Origin: Gammaproteobacteria bacterium
GTDB taxonomy: Bacteria > Pseudomonadota > Gammaproteobacteria > Pseudomonadales > Pseudomonadaceae
Length of the DNA: 64,000 nucleotides
Direction of reading: 5' to 3'
Assembly: GCA_023475025.1 (NCBI GenBank)
Contig: JAMCWB010000030.1
Coordinates: 1,853 to 65,852, forward strand
Part shown: positions 19,083-28,482 of the stretch, in pieces
How the letters are laid out: every line of letters begins with the position of its first letter
Numbering within the stretch: position 1 is the stretch's first letter
Translations under genes and position numbers: made by a program
The notes under the pieces: generated by a model
Told to the model about the DNA's origin: nothing
Databases searched by the model: none
Seen by the model: only the letters and a program-made list of their open reading frames with translations

Positions 19083-21523
19083 TATCTGACATCCTCCAGA
19101 CGGCGAATATCAGCCTCCAGCAGCTGGTTGCAACTCGTTGGCTCACCGCCAAAGCCTGCATCAATCCAGAAAGTTTCCAGTGCATTCTGTACCGCTTTCA
19201 ATGCATCAAGGCTTACATCGTAACGACCGGTGACCTTGCCTTTTCGCATCACGCGCGTGGACAACAGGTGGTCCAGGGCTTCACCCTCGGACCCTCCCGC
19301 TGCCTTGATGACTGGGATGAAGCGCATTGCCTGCTTCTCAAAACGGTTCCCCCAACCCAAATCAAAATCCTTTTCCAGTAGTGTGGTCAAGGGGGCCTCG
19401 CTGAGCCATTTCAGCAAATCCCCGACCTCCTCCCCGTGCTTATTACATGCCTCATCAAAGGACTTGTTAAGTGAACTGTACGAAAAGCTTGTCGGATCGT
19501 AGCGCCTGACACCGAAGCGGTCGTCCTGCTTCGGCAGGGTCATCACATGAGCACGGTCATAGGTTTTATCGGCGAGCTCGTTAGTAGTTTCGTCATGGTT
19601 GGCAGTCCCGATAAACCAGACGTTACCCGGCACAAGTATTTTGCGCCCTTCGCGCAGCATCACCGGTGCATTAGGCATCGCCGTTTCCGCTAGACTGATC
19701 AACCTCTCGTCAGGGTTGTTCTTCTCAAGAGCGGACAAAAATTCAGCAAAATATTGCTCTGGCCGGGAGAGGTTCATCTCATCGAGCAGAATGACGTTAC
19801 AAGTATCCTTCCAGCGGGGCGTTTGAGCTTTATACAAGGCTTGCAGACAGTCCTTTTCATAAAAGCGCCGCTCGAAAGCGTTGTAATGGCCAAGCAAATC
19901 ATCACGGTCACGCCATCCTGCCTGCACAGCAATATCAGTACAGAACCCCCCCATTGCTTTAGCAAATGCTTTAGCCAGACTGGTTTTTCCTGTACCGCTG
20001 ATACCCTGAAAGACATGCAGCTGACTCATCGCCAGCCCACCGATCAGGGTACGAATATCTTCAAGACGATAAAACAGTTCAACGCTATCTTCTGCCTGGG
20101 CAATACGGTGCTGGAGCTCCTCAGCAAACTGCTCGAGCCCTGGCACAGGTTCATGCTCCATACTCGCGCGGTACTCCCGTTCCGTATCCATCAGCGACAT
20201 GGCCGGGAACGGCGTCTGGGTTTTCTGAGCGTTAGTCAGCTGATCAATACGGCTTTCAAGATCATCAATATGCACAGTCAGCGTGTTCTTGTGCTGTTCG
20301 AGTACACGTTTTTCGCGCGCTACAGCCTCAAGCTCAGTGGCAGCGACACGCCTCACGCTCAACTCACGTCTTAATTCGTCTCGCTCTGGCATAAGTGCCG
20401 CAAGATCCCGCTCAAGGTCAGCTTTACTACCACGCAGGTAATCGAGCTCTCGCTGTAGTTCGGCACTATCCGATTGTTCCAGCCGGCGTTTGAGAGAGTT
20501 ATTGTCCTGTCGCAAGTTATCGAGCTGCTCCAGAATGTCCGTCGCAGAGTGCTCACCAAGTGTCTGTTCCAACTCTCGCATACCCAAGAGTTGCTCCTTC
20601 AGCGCCTCGGTTTTCCCCCAAGCGCTGTCCAGCTGCCGCTCCAGCCTCGCCACAGCCTGCTCATGACTGGCGCGCTCCGCCTTCATTTCCAGGGTAACCC
20701 GCTGCTCCAGCTCTTGCTCTGCACCCTTGAGATCTGTCCATTCACGATCCAGCCTTCCACGGGCTCGATCCAGGTCCAGCTTGCTCTTACTTATTTCATG
20801 CTCGCGCTCATCTAGGAGCCTGACCCGCTTGGACTCCTCCTCTGAGCAGTTGAACTTGATCTCTGCCAGACGGCGCGCAGCCTCGCTCAGCTCGTCATCA
20901 AGCCTGCGCTTCTCATCTCTGAGCTCCTGCAGAATATCAGCCTGCTGTTTGAACAGCTCCTGCTGGCGCCGCTCAAGCTGACGCAGGGCCTGCTCATTCT
21001 GTTCCACAAAGCCAGCCTGGGCCTCGGCTTCACGCAGGCTCAGGGAGCGCCCAGTCTCCAAGAGTGCCGACTTCTGTTGCGCCAACTCAGCCTGTTCGGC
21101 AGACAGGGCGGCCCTTGCATCGTCATGGGTTTTTCTCTCCGCCTCGAGTGCGTCCCGCTCGATAACCAGCTTCTGCTCACGCTCCTCAATATCAGCAACC
21201 AGTCTGTTGGCTTCCTCCCAGCGACCGGAGTACTCATCCTTCAGTCGCTCCTTGAGTTTAACCAGCTCTTTACAGAATTCCGCGAAGCGCTCAATCCAAC
21301 GACCGAGCTCCGCATCCTCATCAGACTCGAATCTGTCCAGTACAACGCTCAGCCATTCCTGGTCGACAGGAATATCCATACTCATATCAAACGACTGGTA
21401 AACTTTGGAGGCACTCTCAAAAGACGCAGTCCACTTGTTATCCAACCCTGGGCGAGCCATTAAGACAGCGCCAGCCAACTGCTGGGCATTCTTGCTCGAA
21501 TTCTTCTTCGCCATTACATCCAT
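19082..21523 (-). CDS. Coiled-coil fused McrB-like AAA+ GTPase (CnuB-like)
   Basis: 813 aa. Residues about 80-440 are an E/R/L/Q-rich heptad-like coiled coil. The C-terminal AAA+ module has Walker A GISGTGKT, Walker B ILLDEMN and a McrB-type NxxD-like motif GTANHDET. Confidence 0.7.
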   Translation of the reverse strand: MDVMAKKNSSKNAQQLAGAVLMARPGLDNKWTASFESASKVYQSFDMSMDIPVDQEWLSVVLDRFESDEDAELGRWIERFAEFCKELVKLKERLKDEYSGRWEEANRLVADIEEREQKLVIERDALEAERKTHDDARAALSAEQAELAQQKSALLETGRSLSLREAEAQAGFVEQNEQALRQLERRQQELFKQQADILQELRDEKRRLDDELSEAARRLAEIKFNCSEEESKRVRLLDEREHEISKSKLDLDRARGRLDREWTDLKGAEQELEQRVTLEMKAERASHEQAVARLERQLDSAWGKTEALKEQLLGMRELEQTLGEHSATDILEQLDNLRQDNNSLKRRLEQSDSAELQRELDYLRGSKADLERDLAALMPERDELRRELSVRRVAATELEAVAREKRVLEQHKNTLTVHIDDLESRIDQLTNAQKTQTPFPAMSLMDTEREYRASMEHEPVPGLEQFAEELQHRIAQAEDSVELFYRLEDIRTLIGGLAMSQLHVFQGISGTGKTSLAKAFAKAMGGFCTDIAVQAGWRDRDDLLGHYNAFERRFYEKDCLQALYKAQTPRWKDTCNVILLDEMNLSRPEQYFAEFLSALEKNNPDERLISLAETAMPNAPVMLREGRKILVPGNVWFIGTANHDETTNELADKTYDRAHVMTLPKQDDRFGVRRYDPTSFSYSSLNKSFDEACNKHGEEVGDLLKWLSEAPLTTLLEKDFDLGWGNRFEKQAMRFIPVIKAAGGSEGEALDHLLSTRVMRKGKVTGRYDVSLDALKAVQNALETFWIDAGFGGEPTSCNQLLEADIRRLEDVR

Positions 21524-23001
21524 TCCTTAAAACATGCGGTAAAGCCCAGCGCGTACTGTATGCTGTCCAGCGCCATACGCGTCGTGAGTTGAATTGGTTC
21601 TTTCCCTGTGTATTCGCTCTGGGCGTGGCTGCTCTTGTTGCGCAGGTCGGCCACCTTCAGCAGCTTATCCAGTTGCAACTCGCTAGGACCTAGAGCCCTG
21701 AGCGGATGCCCCGGCTCATCGAGCGTACCCATTGCTGCAGCAAACAGCAGAGCCTTGAGCGAGGAAACTGGGCTGGAGCAAGCCCTGATCACCTGATCCA
21801 GACTCTGCCTTGAAAGCGCAACGCTTACCGGCCCGGTCAACGCAGGAACCGGCAGCGCAGAAAGGAGCTGTTGATTCAAACTGAAGTTGTTTTTTTTCAG
21901 CTTTGGCAACTGCCCCTCATTAGCTGGGTAAGTCCGGATCAGCCATTGCATGACCACTTCCAGCAGTTTCTGACTTTCCACCAGCGCGGCATCCAGCTCC
22001 TGCCCACTATGGTCATCCCTTAGTTTCTCGCGACGCACCAACAACGCGCCCAAATGGCGTTTGATATCTGGCTGCCGCTCTACCCAAGGATATTCAACCA
22101 GGATCTGAAACTCCGTTTGCTGTCGGAGTGCTTGCAACCACTGCTCCACGCTCTGCTCATCGGTACGTGGGATGCTTACGAGATTCTCAAGGTAAGTAAG
22201 GAGATGGGCGTTCTGCTCAACCAGCTGCAGAAATGCTTCGTTCAGCCACCAAGCGTTTTCACGCAGACCGAAGGGGTCCTTGACCGACCACAAATCCAGT
22301 CCGTCACTATCGCCAGTCACCCATACCAACACACGGGCGGATTGCGCAACATCATCCAACCGCTGCACACCCTGCAAACTGACCTGTTCAGGTAACCCGG
22401 TCCATTGGCCAAGCTGCTGGCTGGCGCTATAGTCTTCACGATAGTCACGATAAGCCCGCATCAAGGTGTCGTGGTCCAGCGCAGGCAACTCGGTGCGTGG
22501 CACTGAAAACTTGAAAGGCCTGTAGGTTTTACCTGTTCTTCGCTCCGTCAAGAACTCCGGAAAGTGGGCCAATGGGTCCACAGGCTCTATCTGGCTCAAC
22601 TGGACAACCAGCCGTGGCCAGAAGCGGCCATCTACTGCATCCTGCAGCAAATAACCGGATTTCATGTTGGTCTCAGCCACGTCCTCATCATCCAGCAAGC
22701 TCTCGCCTTTAGCTGTAAGCGCATCGGCGCTATCTACAAGCCATCCGTTGCTGACCCCTTGCGCAAGTATCAACTTGATCAGGTTAAGGTGGAGCCCGGT
22801 CAGAGCCGCCATATCTTCCGGGCGCGCGGTTCTTGCGCGCACCAGCCCCAGCACGGCGCGCTGTAACAGATTCAACTGCGACCGCTTTGGATCGGGATAC
22901 AGAACACGATGAACCAGTACGGGCCAGAGCAGCGACCGTTTCTTACCAAACGGTTTGGGGCCAAATGAGAGATACATACCAGACTCAGCGAAGACTGCCA
23001 T
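21514..23001 (-). CDS. wHTH-like / HEPN-motif protein (predicted RNase)
   Basis: Track ORF 21514..23085. The start was moved to ATG 23001, which is preceded by GGAGGTGAGC. The C-terminal ADLRNKSSHAQ is an Rx4H HEPN signature. The rest has no recognisable motif. Confidence 0.55.
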   Translation of the reverse strand: MAVFAESGMYLSFGPKPFGKKRSLLWPVLVHRVLYPDPKRSQLNLLQRAVLGLVRARTARPEDMAALTGLHLNLIKLILAQGVSNGWLVDSADALTAKGESLLDDEDVAETNMKSGYLLQDAVDGRFWPRLVVQLSQIEPVDPLAHFPEFLTERRTGKTYRPFKFSVPRTELPALDHDTLMRAYRDYREDYSASQQLGQWTGLPEQVSLQGVQRLDDVAQSARVLVWVTGDSDGLDLWSVKDPFGLRENAWWLNEAFLQLVEQNAHLLTYLENLVSIPRTDEQSVEQWLQALRQQTEFQILVEYPWVERQPDIKRHLGALLVRREKLRDDHSGQELDAALVESQKLLEVVMQWLIRTYPANEGQLPKLKKNNFSLNQQLLSALPVPALTGPVSVALSRQSLDQVIRACSSPVSSLKALLFAAAMGTLDEPGHPLRALGPSELQLDKLLKVADLRNKSSHAQSEYTGKEPIQLTTRMALDSIQYALGFTACFKEWM

Positions 23002-26000
23002 GCTCACCTCCACACATCTGGTGGAACGCAGCCAGAGCGGGTACCGCCTCTTGTGCCTCCGGGGCGGTAGCCAGCGCTGAGTCACCGACGCAGATCAACA
23101 TTTGCCTCTGACGGCTCATGGCAACGTTCATACGGTTGGGCAGCCTCAAGAACCCAAATTGCCGGTTGAGCTGCTTTTCCCGCTCGGCATCCCCCTCACT
23201 TCCCTGCCCCGGTGTTACAGGTTTATAGGTTCGAACACATGACAACAGCACAACATCAAACTCCTTGCCCTGGAACGCGTCGACAGAGCCAACCCGTAGC
23301 CGCTCTTCAGAGTTGACGGAGCCGTCCCCGCGCACCTTTCTTGTCCATTTGAAGATCTCATGGGGTTCGTAAGCTCCGTTGCGCAGCACCATCAGCGGTA
23401 CGCCATCGATGCGCTGCTCAGAGAGCTTCTCCATGATCAACTCGCGCTGTGCTGCATAGAAGGTTATGACACCCACCGATAGACTATCGCCACCAGCCTG
23501 CAGCAACCTCACTACCTCCTCGGCAATGCGCAGCGCCTCTACCTCCCTCACGCGACTTGTGCCTGAGCGCATCTCCTTACCCTGCCCCGCAGGCACATCT
23601 ATCCACTGGCAGACGCGGTCACGATAATGGCTAGCCAAAGGGCCAAGTCCGGCAAGGAAAGTCTCAGAAAAAACAAAATCCGCGGCGTCACGACCAGAAC
23701 GAATTCGCCCCAGCCCTTGGGATTCGTAAAATTGAGTACTTATAAAGTCACCAAGTAATGGGTGCATCCGGAACTGGGTGTCCAACATAACCACGCGACG
23801 GATATTGTCCTGCCTTTCAAGATCTTGCAGCTTGATACGCATTCGCTCGAACAGGCTCGAGCGAAAGGCCGCCAACTGCAGCTCGGTAAGCTGGTGCTCC
23901 GCCTGCAGCTGGCCCTCGATATCTGGCTCCAGCATGTGTGGTAACTGTCTGTCATCCCCGACCAAGACTATTCGGCGCTTTGCCATGGCCATAGGCACAA
24001 ACAGATCCAACGGGTTGGCACGGGCAGCCTCATCAATAACCACGGTATCAAATTCGATATCCGTGCTATCCAGATTCGATACTGATTTGAGGTTTGCCAT
24101 CTGCCTTCCTGCTGCCTGCTGGCAGGTAGCACCAACCACCATTGAATACTCATGCACGACCGCCTGTGCGGCGGCCCGGTCAATCGCCAGGCTATCCGCC
24201 AGCTGCTCCAGCACCCCGGCTACCCCCTGCTTACGCTGGCGCAGCCGGGTCTCCAGGTGTCGTTCAATCTCATCCAGCAGTGCCACCCCCTCTGGATCTG
24301 CCTGCTGCCTCAAGCTCACTGGTCGATAATCTGGCATATAAAGATCAAGTAACCGAGGCTTCCAGGCAGCCAGGTTTTGCAGCGTGGAGTCTTGAGTCTC
24401 TGTGCTATCCGCCGCCTCTTCCAGCACAGCAAACAGATCCGGATTGGTGTCTATGCCTTGACGCTTCAACCAACTGAGCAGGTCCCATGCGCGGTCCGGG
24501 CCATCGTCGTTAAATGAGGTCTCATCGACGCGAAGCGCTCTAACCCTTCTCAGAACCTGAACATTATGACCATCAACCGAAGTAGTAGGCGCCTGCCTTT
24601 GCAGTTGCTCGATGTACTCCTCGACCTGACTTTCAAGCCGCGGTGGCATTACCAAGCCACTTACCTCCAGCTCGCGCAACCCGTTCAAAATGCTCACGAA
24701 GCTCTCAGCCTGACTCCCGGGCGAAGCACCGGCAATTCTTGCCAAAGCCAGTTGGGTCGACAGATTCCGGACAAGCTCCAGTTCAGGATATTTGCCGTAC
24801 TGCTCGATCACCTTACCCTGCAGATGCTCGACCTGACGATCCAGCCATGGATCAATCAGGGAATCTTCTTCCTGCGCTCCCCGCTTACCACCCACTCGAG
24901 CCCCGGGCAGGCCAAACACATCGCTACGATCCAACGCGTTATCGACGGCGTCATGCTGGAAACTGCTGATCAGCACTTGCGCAGCAATATTATTCTCTTC
25001 AGCCTCTTCCGCGAGGCGGCGCTGCAGGGCTGCTATGACCTGAGTCTTACCGGTTCCTGGGGGGCCAATTATGATGGCCATATCAGGCGTGTTCAGTGCC
25101 GTATCCAACGCCAGGATCTGCTTCTCAGTGGGCTTGCCTCCCTTGAAGGTTTCCAATGCATACGGCGTCAGCCCCTTGATTGGACGGCGCCTGGAAGCGG
25201 GCACAGCCACACCTTCCAGCAACCACTTCAACTGGGGTAGTCGTTTCCCGGAATCAATCGACTGTTTTGCTGCCAGACGACGTTTACCCACCGTCCGCTG
25301 GCCGGCCAGCGACAGATAGATCCAGCCCTCAGGCTTTCTAGGGCGAATACTGCGGCGATTTGAAACTGGCTTGAAAACAACGCAGTTCTGCTCAAAGCGA
25401 ATTGTGCCCCGCGGATTATCCTGCTCAGCCTTCACTTCATCCGTAGTCAGTTCCTCAGCCCAGTCAGGGCGATCAACGCTGAGATCGACCTGCGTGCCTG
25501 CAGCAAGGTCCAGGTTGCGCCAACGTGAACGAAACTCTCTGTAATCGTCCAATGAGGCTGGCGTCAGTCGCCAGACGTTTTCGCGGCCCTCTTCATGCCC
25601 TTCCCATTCCACAAAGCGCAGGGCACGCAAGGTTTCAGCCTGAGTCAGCGCGGTTTGCCACTCCCTATCGTTGTAGAGATTCCATAGCTCCAGATAACTG
25701 GCACTGTCGCGCAACGCTGCATCAAGCGCCGCCCGATAACCAGGGCTGGCAAGAACAGCGGCAACCGACGCATCACGAAACGCAAACTGACCCAGGAGCA
25801 ATGAAAAGGCACCATCCCGGCGCGTATGACGGGTAATTCGCTTGATCAGTAACCCTTGATCCGCGCCCTGTTGCACATCTGCCCGCCAGCCCTTGCCCAC
25901 CAGCTGGAAAGCGCCACGGGATGTGCTGTTACTGAATCGTGCCACTGTGAGCCAGTCGCCCTCAGCTTGGTCGCGCACAAGAAAAGTCTCAGCCAACCAA

Positions 26001-26374
26001 TCGCAGGCCAGCTCAATACGCTGGTCGGGGATTTCCTGCTTGCTGTAGAGGTCTTCCACTATCAGCTCATCAACTCCGAGCTCAAGCTCCATGGCAGAAA
26101 TCTCAACTGGCGCACAGTACTGCACCAAAAGCTTGTCAGCCTGTTTGCTAGTGAGCAGCCAGCGTGTCTGATCCCTTAGAACCAAGCGGCTGAACAGGCC
26201 ATGATCAGCCCTCGCACAACTGACTCGAATCCGTTCATCTTTCTGCACAGCCAGCCATTCATCTTGATAGGCCTGCAGAAGCATCGCCTGCCCCACTTGA
26301 AAGCCGTCTGTTGATTCATCTGAGCTGAGAACCAGGACATCCTCGGACAGCAGGGGAAAGTGTTTAAAGTCCAT
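22985..26374 (-). CDS. Upf1/DNA2-like SF1B helicase with about 430-aa unknown N-terminal region (CnuH-like)
   Basis: 1129 aa. Helicase motifs are IIGPPGTGKT, VVIDEAARA, VLVGDDRQLP, VDAFQGKEFDVVLLS and NVAMSRQRQMLICVGD. Confidence 0.8.
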   Translation of the reverse strand: MDFKHFPLLSEDVLVLSSDESTDGFQVGQAMLLQAYQDEWLAVQKDERIRVSCARADHGLFSRLVLRDQTRWLLTSKQADKLLVQYCAPVEISAMELELGVDELIVEDLYSKQEIPDQRIELACDWLAETFLVRDQAEGDWLTVARFSNSTSRGAFQLVGKGWRADVQQGADQGLLIKRITRHTRRDGAFSLLLGQFAFRDASVAAVLASPGYRAALDAALRDSASYLELWNLYNDREWQTALTQAETLRALRFVEWEGHEEGRENVWRLTPASLDDYREFRSRWRNLDLAAGTQVDLSVDRPDWAEELTTDEVKAEQDNPRGTIRFEQNCVVFKPVSNRRSIRPRKPEGWIYLSLAGQRTVGKRRLAAKQSIDSGKRLPQLKWLLEGVAVPASRRRPIKGLTPYALETFKGGKPTEKQILALDTALNTPDMAIIIGPPGTGKTQVIAALQRRLAEEAEENNIAAQVLISSFQHDAVDNALDRSDVFGLPGARVGGKRGAQEEDSLIDPWLDRQVEHLQGKVIEQYGKYPELELVRNLSTQLALARIAGASPGSQAESFVSILNGLRELEVSGLVMPPRLESQVEEYIEQLQRQAPTTSVDGHNVQVLRRVRALRVDETSFNDDGPDRAWDLLSWLKRQGIDTNPDLFAVLEEAADSTETQDSTLQNLAAWKPRLLDLYMPDYRPVSLRQQADPEGVALLDEIERHLETRLRQRKQGVAGVLEQLADSLAIDRAAAQAVVHEYSMVVGATCQQAAGRQMANLKSVSNLDSTDIEFDTVVIDEAARANPLDLFVPMAMAKRRIVLVGDDRQLPHMLEPDIEGQLQAEHQLTELQLAAFRSSLFERMRIKLQDLERQDNIRRVVMLDTQFRMHPLLGDFISTQFYESQGLGRIRSGRDAADFVFSETFLAGLGPLASHYRDRVCQWIDVPAGQGKEMRSGTSRVREVEALRIAEEVVRLLQAGGDSLSVGVITFYAAQRELIMEKLSEQRIDGVPLMVLRNGAYEPHEIFKWTRKVRGDGSVNSEERLRVGSVDAFQGKEFDVVLLSCVRTYKPVTPGQGSEGDAEREKQLNRQFGFLRLPNRMNVAMSRQRQMLICVGDSALATAPEAQEAVPALAAFHQMCGGEHGSLR

Positions 26375-26380
26375 ATGCCA

Positions 26381-27790
26381 TCACCACCTGAACTGCCAGA
26401 AGATGTGCGAAGCGTCTAGATCGCCCACGTGAACCCGATAAGGTTCCGCATGCTGGCCACGCAAACTGTGTTTCAGTCCTTGATAGACCTCGAGGGCCTT
26501 TTTGGTCTGCCCGCGCTGGAGAGTCAGCCGACCTTCCAGCAGAGGGTAAATACCCAACCCTTTTTCTGTGAACTCAACACGGATATGGTCGGCGGGCCAA
26601 CGGTCGTAACTGAAGGTTGGCATCAACCGCTTCAGCTCCAGATCTGCCCCAAGTTGCAACCAGACCTTGCGGCCAGTTGCCATTTCAACGTCGTCTGCCG
26701 CTTCCTGGCTGTCTTCATCTTTTAGCTGAACGACAAACTCCTCGAACAACACCGCAGTGCTGTCGAGGGGGGTATCGCAAAAGAAGCAGCACTGGTCATC
26801 GAGCGAGTTAATTTCCTGCGGCACCAGGGTGCTGCCGCCACACCCATTGCAGGCAATCAGGCGCTCATCGATTTCGCTGAGCGCTTCCAGCCACTCAGCC
26901 ATACCCGGCCGCTCCGCCGGGTTATCTCGCCCTTGCTCAAAACAACGAGCAAAAAGCGCAGGCAGTTTGCTGTGCTCGATGAGCTGGATTGGCAGATTTA
27001 TAAAGCAGGCATTGGCATCATCGTGCGGGTCATGGATCCATGGTCGCTCGCCACGCAGTGCCGCATCTTCTTCCTCTGGCTCGCAATCACTGATCAAGTC
27101 ACCCTTGAACGGGTGATTGTGGGTCAGCAACTGATAGGCGATAACAGCAAAGCTCCAGGCATCGGTGAGACTGGACAAAAGGGAGTCACCGCGAACGACC
27201 TCGGGCGCTCCATAATCTACGGTGTGCAATGACAGGCCACTATGAGACTCCAGACTGATATTGTCGCAATCGATCAGCCATGTTTCGGCGTGGGCTGAAT
27301 CGTCTGATACAAATATATTGCTGGGTGACAGGTCGCCATACAGCATGCCTCGGGCGTGCAGTTGATTAAGCGTTCTGGCCAACTGACAGAGAATGCGCAC
27401 ACGACGACGAAGCCCACCCTGGCGCAGGTAATCAGCAGATGCTTCTTCGCCTGCCTCTACATAGCTCTCGAGCAATCGTTGCAAAGGCTCCAACCCATCC
27501 ATCAACTCCATAACATAACCACAGCGCGGCTCTGCAAGTGGCGATAGCGGACGAGCCAGTTTCAGACCGGCAAGATCCTGACGAATCAGCCACGCAATGT
27601 GTTTCTGCCAGCGCCGGCGAGCCTGAGGGTCTTTATTTGTGAACCCCTTGATAAGAACCTGTGGGTACTGGGTGTGGTAGACAATACCTTGACCACCACG
27701 GCTGAGCTCTTCGCACAGCTCGTAGATTGAACCCTTGGTGTCTTGCACCATGCGCTTGGGTCGCGCGCTTGTCTTTGCGGTCATCTGCAT
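26381..27790 (-). CDS. Ser/Thr protein kinase with C-terminal zinc ribbon (TerY-P kinase)
   Basis: Gly-rich loop GGQGIVY, catalytic loop YGDLSPSN, DCD in place of DFG, and YGAPE. A CNGCGG...CCFFC motif follows. TGATG coupling to the PP2C gene. Confidence 0.85.
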   Translation of the reverse strand: MQMTAKTSARPKRMVQDTKGSIYELCEELSRGGQGIVYHTQYPQVLIKGFTNKDPQARRRWQKHIAWLIRQDLAGLKLARPLSPLAEPRCGYVMELMDGLEPLQRLLESYVEAGEEASADYLRQGGLRRRVRILCQLARTLNQLHARGMLYGDLSPSNIFVSDDSAHAETWLIDCDNISLESHSGLSLHTVDYGAPEVVRGDSLLSSLTDAWSFAVIAYQLLTHNHPFKGDLISDCEPEEEDAALRGERPWIHDPHDDANACFINLPIQLIEHSKLPALFARCFEQGRDNPAERPGMAEWLEALSEIDERLIACNGCGGSTLVPQEINSLDDQCCFFCDTPLDSTAVLFEEFVVQLKDEDSQEAADDVEMATGRKVWLQLGADLELKRLMPTFSYDRWPADHIRVEFTEKGLGIYPLLEGRLTLQRGQTKKALEVYQGLKHSLRGQHAEPYRVHVGDLDASHIFWQFRW

Positions 27791-28482
27791 CAGTCCATTC
27801 TGAAAATGCCGGCTATGGTCTTGTCATCACCGTGTCGGGGTGTCGACCATCCGTTCAGTTCACGCGTCAGCCATTGACGCATCTGGCGTTTACTTGAGCG
27901 CCGCTGGCGCTGGTAAATCGCCTCGAAAAAAGACTCAAGATGCTCAGGAATAAGATCGTCGGAAATACCATCCGTCATCAGCAGCACACCATCGCCCGGG
28001 CGACCGAGTTCGATGTCAGTACTGTTGATCGTCTGGAGATCAGCCTGAGCCAGCGTTAGTGTCTGATTGCCGAACCCCTGGCGCTGCTCGGTGATTACGC
28101 GGAACTCACCATGACTTCTTACCAGGAGCAAACCGTCACCTATCTGCCCAGCTACGCCCTTTCCACAAGCATCGACCAGAGCCCAGATACAGGTCGCCTC
28201 ATACGCGCTGTGCCTGGCCCCGAAACGGTTCAGCCAGGCATCCCGCAGAGCGCAACCGACCTTATCATGCTTCAGGTCTGACCCCTGCCGAGCCAACTGT
28301 CTGAACAGCCGAACAGCTCTAGCTGAACCATAATGGCTTAGCGGCCGACTACCCAGCCCATCGGCTACGGCGATACACCAGCCACCTTTCAATCCGCGGA
28401 TACAGAGCGCATCCTGATTCGGAGCACCCTCCTGCACATGTGCAGGCCCGCGAACCGAGGAGCCTCCTGCTGAAAGTCGCAT
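27790..28482 (-). CDS. PP2C-family protein phosphatase (TerY-P phosphatase)
   Basis: NQDAL..., VADGLGS and LLMTDGISDDL metal-binding motifs. TGATG coupling on both sides. Confidence 0.85.
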   Translation of the reverse strand: MRLSAGGSSVRGPAHVQEGAPNQDALCIRGLKGGWCIAVADGLGSRPLSHYGSARAVRLFRQLARQGSDLKHDKVGCALRDAWLNRFGARHSAYEATCIWALVDACGKGVAGQIGDGLLLVRSHGEFRVITEQRQGFGNQTLTLAQADLQTINSTDIELGRPGDGVLLMTDGISDDLIPEHLESFFEAIYQRQRRSSKRQMRQWLTRELNGWSTPRHGDDKTIAGIFRMD

